DNA of 48,786 nucleotides from the IMG/VR virus record IMGVR_UViG_3300040971_000368, positions 1 through 48,786 of that record. One strand, given 5' to 3'. This document shows positions 46,193 through 48,786 of this stretch, one piece after another. The position numbers and the translations under genes are program-made. How positions within the stretch are numbered: the stretch's first letter is position 1; each line of letters begins with the position of its first letter. The notes under the pieces were generated by a model. That model worked only from the letters and a program-made list of their open reading frames with translations. It did not search any database and had not been told where the DNA came from. Source of the DNA: a virus (Duplodnaviria; Caudoviricetes).

Positions 46193-46212
46193 GTGAGTTC
46201 CTTTCTAAATTT

Positions 46213-46345
46213 TGTTCGTATTTGTGGTCATATTGTCTTTATGTATGGTCATTATACGGCAGTTGCCTGTATTTGTCAATAAGGAAAGTCTAAATGTCCA
46301 CGCTAAAAGACGGTTTTGATGGCACAATGTACTTAGTTATGGACA
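46213..46345. promoter_or_regulatory. Five imperfect 18-bp palindromic operators (TGTC-N10-GWCA-like)
   Basis: 46213, 46234, 46274, 46295, 46328; two pairs spaced 21 bp. Confidence 0.65.
46251..46279 (-). promoter_or_regulatory. Early lytic promoter
   Basis: Perfect TTGACA-17-TATAAT on the minus strand. Confidence 0.9.
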
Positions 46346-46698
46346 AAACATCTATTGAGGCTCTAAGCGATTTGTTGATGGACGAGCTAAAAAAAAATAG
46401 CTGGTCTCAATCCGAATTAGCCAGAAGGGCAAAAGTAAGCAAACAGGTTGTAAGCAGTTACATAAATAAGCAAAGAGAAAAACCGGATGAAGAAATACTC
46501 AGGGCTCTTGCAAAACCACTGAAAATGAATCCGGAAGATTTATTTCGAGTAGCGGGAATATTGCCTCCTGTGAGAGACGATAGCCCAATGGATAAAGAGA
46601 TATCGTACCTGTTCAAGCAACTACCAGATACCGAACGTCAACAGGTTTTAGATTATGTTCGGTTTATGGTTGAGAAGGTTGAAGCAAGAAAGAAATAA
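46339..46698 (+). CDS. CI-like XRE repressor (no S24 peptidase domain)
   Basis: WSQSELARRAKVS...VSSYIN HTH; divergent from the early operon; start uncertain (46294, 46327 or 46339). Confidence 0.85.
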   Translation: MDKTSIEALSDLLMDELKKNSWSQSELARRAKVSKQVVSSYINKQREKPDEEILRALAKPLKMNPEDLFRVAGILPPVRDDSPMDKEISYLFKQLPDTERQQVLDYVRFMVEKVEARKK

Positions 46699-46727
46699 AT
46701 TGCCATAAAAGAAAGGCGGGTTATAGA

Positions 46728-47516
46728 ATGAAAAAAATAAAAATCCTGGTGTTATTAATTGTTGTATTTTCTTTGGGTGGGTGCAGCCCTTCGGAAAGCG
46801 CTGTTCAAACCACAATTGCCCAGACCATTGATGCCCAGGCAACGGCGACAAGAACAATTAGACCTACGAAATTGCCGACAAATACAAAAACACTGATTCC
46901 GACTTTGACACCAAGACCAACAAATACCAAGATGGTTGCTCCAACAAAAACGATTACAAGTACTTTAGAACCAGTGCCAGACCCAATTATTTATTCTGGA
47001 TCTGGAAGTAAAATTTTGGACATTGATGACGCTATGCTTGGAGAAGCAAGAATAGTTGATATTACATCAGAAGGTAGTAGTAATTTTTCTGTAAAAACGT
47101 ATGATGCAAATAATAACCCGATTGATTTATTGGTAAATACAATTGGCAATTACACTGGAAGACATGCGATTGATTGGAAAGGCGAAAACACAAAACGTTT
47201 TGAGATTAAGGCAAATGGTAATTGGAGTTTTACGTTTTATCCAATCGCGAAAGAATACATGCATGTAGCAGATGCATCAACACCATATATTGGTCAGGGA
47301 GATGATGTGGTTGTAATTCAATTCAATCCTGATATTGGAATTGTGGATTGTCAAACACGTGGCAACCTGGCTATATGGGCTATTTCTTATGATGGCTCTA
47401 ATTTAGTTGTAAATGAAATTGCGCCATATTTTGGTGAGTTTTTGTTTCCTAATGGCACAAGAGCTATGTTTGTTACAGCTCCTGGAGAATGGACGTTTGC
47501 CGCAACTGAAAGATAA
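46728..47516 (+). CDS. Lipoprotein, possible superinfection-exclusion moron
   Basis: Lipobox LGG-C19, Thr/Pro linker, two repeats G.G..V...NF/NL...L.VN.I..Y.G...A.G.W. Confidence 0.75.
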   Translation: MKKIKILVLLIVVFSLGGCSPSESAVQTTIAQTIDAQATATRTIRPTKLPTNTKTLIPTLTPRPTNTKMVAPTKTITSTLEPVPDPIIYSGSGSKILDIDDAMLGEARIVDITSEGSSNFSVKTYDANNNPIDLLVNTIGNYTGRHAIDWKGENTKRFEIKANGNWSFTFYPIAKEYMHVADASTPYIGQGDDVVVIQFNPDIGIVDCQTRGNLAIWAISYDGSNLVVNEIAPYFGEFLFPNGTRAMFVTAPGEWTFAATER

Positions 47517-47543
47517 AAAAGTAAAACTAAAACAGGATCAATC

Positions 47544-47840
47544 ATGGAAGAAAAAGGCAAATACCTAACAGAAAAGAAATTTAGATTTTCCGAAAAGGGC
47601 CTTTCTGAAATCGACTTGAAAATAATCGATCAGTGGATGAAGACCAAGTTCGATGCACCTAAATGTCCAATGTGCGGCGAGAGTGCCTTTTTTTCTGGTG
47701 AAACATCGGTAATCCCATCAATGCTCATAAATAAACAGGTTGTCAATTGGATTCCTGTAGTGTCAATTATTTGCCGGAATTGTGGGTATGTTCTGCTTTT
47801 TTCGGCAGAATACATTGGGTTGGAAGATCTGGAGTATTGA
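47544..47840 (+). CDS. Zn-ribbon hypothetical protein
   Basis: CPMCG...CRNCGY..LF. Confidence 0.65.
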   Translation: MEEKGKYLTEKKFRFSEKGLSEIDLKIIDQWMKTKFDAPKCPMCGESAFFSGETSVIPSMLINKQVVNWIPVVSIICRNCGYVLLFSAEYIGLEDLEY

Positions 47841-47995
47841 GAGCGATTTCCGACGTCGGAAAATGGCTATTCAACAAATTACCTACTATCGGGGTAAATT
47901 CTGCAAAAGTGTTTCATAGCAAAATTAAAATAATTGTTAAATAGGCGTTTTAAGCAAATAATATAAGTATTATTGAGCAAAAGAGGAATTTATAA

Positions 47996-48412
47996 ATGCT
48001 CTCAAAAATTGATCTTATAAAATTAGCTGAGGTTCGACTAGAGGACTCTGTATTTCTTTTCAAAGCAGGAAAAACATCTTCTGCTTATTATTTGGCTGGA
48101 TATTGTATTGAATTATCATTAAAGGCATGTATTTCTGGTTTGTTTCAGCCTAATACGATACCTGACAAATCTTTTGTTCAAGCAATACATACTCATAGCC
48201 TAGATAGTTTACTAAATGTTGCAGGACTTTTCCCAATTTTCAAAGAGGACGCAAAAAATGATTCCTTGTTTGCAGCTTATTGGGGGATAACAAGTAAATG
48301 GAATGAATCCAGCCGTTACCAATTTTGGGATCAATTTGCAACATTAGCACTTATTCAATCTATTACAGACACAAATCATGGAGTATTTCAATGGGTGAAA
48401 AAACATTGGTAG
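47996..48412 (+). CDS. HEPN domain protein
   Basis: LA..RL.D...L......AYYLAGY.IEL.LKA.I...THSL..L...W....RY. Confidence 0.8.
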   Translation: MLSKIDLIKLAEVRLEDSVFLFKAGKTSSAYYLAGYCIELSLKACISGLFQPNTIPDKSFVQAIHTHSLDSLLNVAGLFPIFKEDAKNDSLFAAYWGITSKWNESSRYQFWDQFATLALIQSITDTNHGVFQWVKKHW

Positions 48413-48786
48413 AAAGTCAGATTACTGACGCAACCGAATTGATAAAACAGCTTGATTCTAGTGGACATCAGCCCAGTGTAGCCGCTTGGTATTACTATGA
48501 TGATGTTGATGAATGGCGACTTATCATTATCGGTAAAAAATTCGACGAGTATTTACCAAAACAAGAAGCGTTAGCATATCGAGCTATTGCTGAAGCAATT
48601 AATACAAAAAACCTGGCATCAATCAGCGTTTCCGAAGTGAAAATAATAAAAAGTGACGAGCCTCTTTCCCAAATTATGAAGGTTATTTTAAATACGGATT
48701 CAACAGGAATAGTTAGGTTGCATTTTAATAACACTACTATAAATGGCATATTCATCAAAGAGATGATTATTCTAAGGTCTGCTTAA
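48391..48786 (+). CDS. HEPN-partner protein (putative antitoxin / degenerate MNT-like)
   Basis: ATG 48391 after GGAG, 22-bp overlap with HEPN; AAW.Y......WRL.I motif. Confidence 0.65.
   Translation: MGEKTLVESQITDATELIKQLDSSGHQPSVAAWYYYDDVDEWRLIIIGKKFDEYLPKQEALAYRAIAEAINTKNLASISVSEVKIIKSDEPLSQIMKVILNTDSTGIVRLHFNNTTINGIFIKEMIILRSA

Larger units (their letters stand above)
68..48786. mobile_element. Temperate siphovirus-type prophage integrated at tRNA-Phe (right end not seen)
   Basis: Integrase next to tRNA; lysis, packaging, head, tail, replication and immunity modules all present; no tail sheath recognised. Confidence 0.93.

Noticed and set aside
45197-46282. 361-aa + strand ORF
   Set aside because: Shadow of four minus-strand genes with RBSs and of the early promoter; TTG-type start and no recognisable motifs
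47800-48786. attR repeat of the tRNA-Phe 3' end
   Set aside because: No copy of TTCGATTCTGTGACTCGGCA found by eye; probably beyond the window

Overview
The window is a nearly complete temperate siphovirus-type prophage that starts at a host tRNA-Phe(GAA) (68-140). The Thr/Pro-linker lipoprotein style suggests an Anaerolineae/Chloroflexota host, but that is inference only. The left arm (+) runs: tyrosine integrase, lysis cassette (duplicated SRKFW holin, TM coiled-coil protein, GH25 endolysin) placed before the packaging genes, TerS, a TerL split into ATPase and nuclease ORFs, portal, head, connector and tail genes with a -1 frameshifted chaperone, LamG tail fibre, and a second degenerate GH25-like protein. 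The right arm (-) is a long early operon: recombination, DnaD-type initiator with 11-bp iterons, DnaC-like loader, SNF2-methylase fusion, DndC/PAPS-reductase-like gene coupled to a C5 methylase, DUF5131, DUF4942 and ASCH. It is driven by a perfect consensus promoter inside an array of five 18-bp operators, facing an XRE repressor, a lipoprotein and a HEPN gene pair. The most intriguing signal is several promoter-short leader-terminator units whose terminator 5' arms carry GAGCGCC/GAACGCC, found together with Com-like small proteins. This suggests an RNA-level late-gene antitermination system with a possible decoy sRNA. attR was not seen in the window. All calls come from manual motif recognition, with no database searches.
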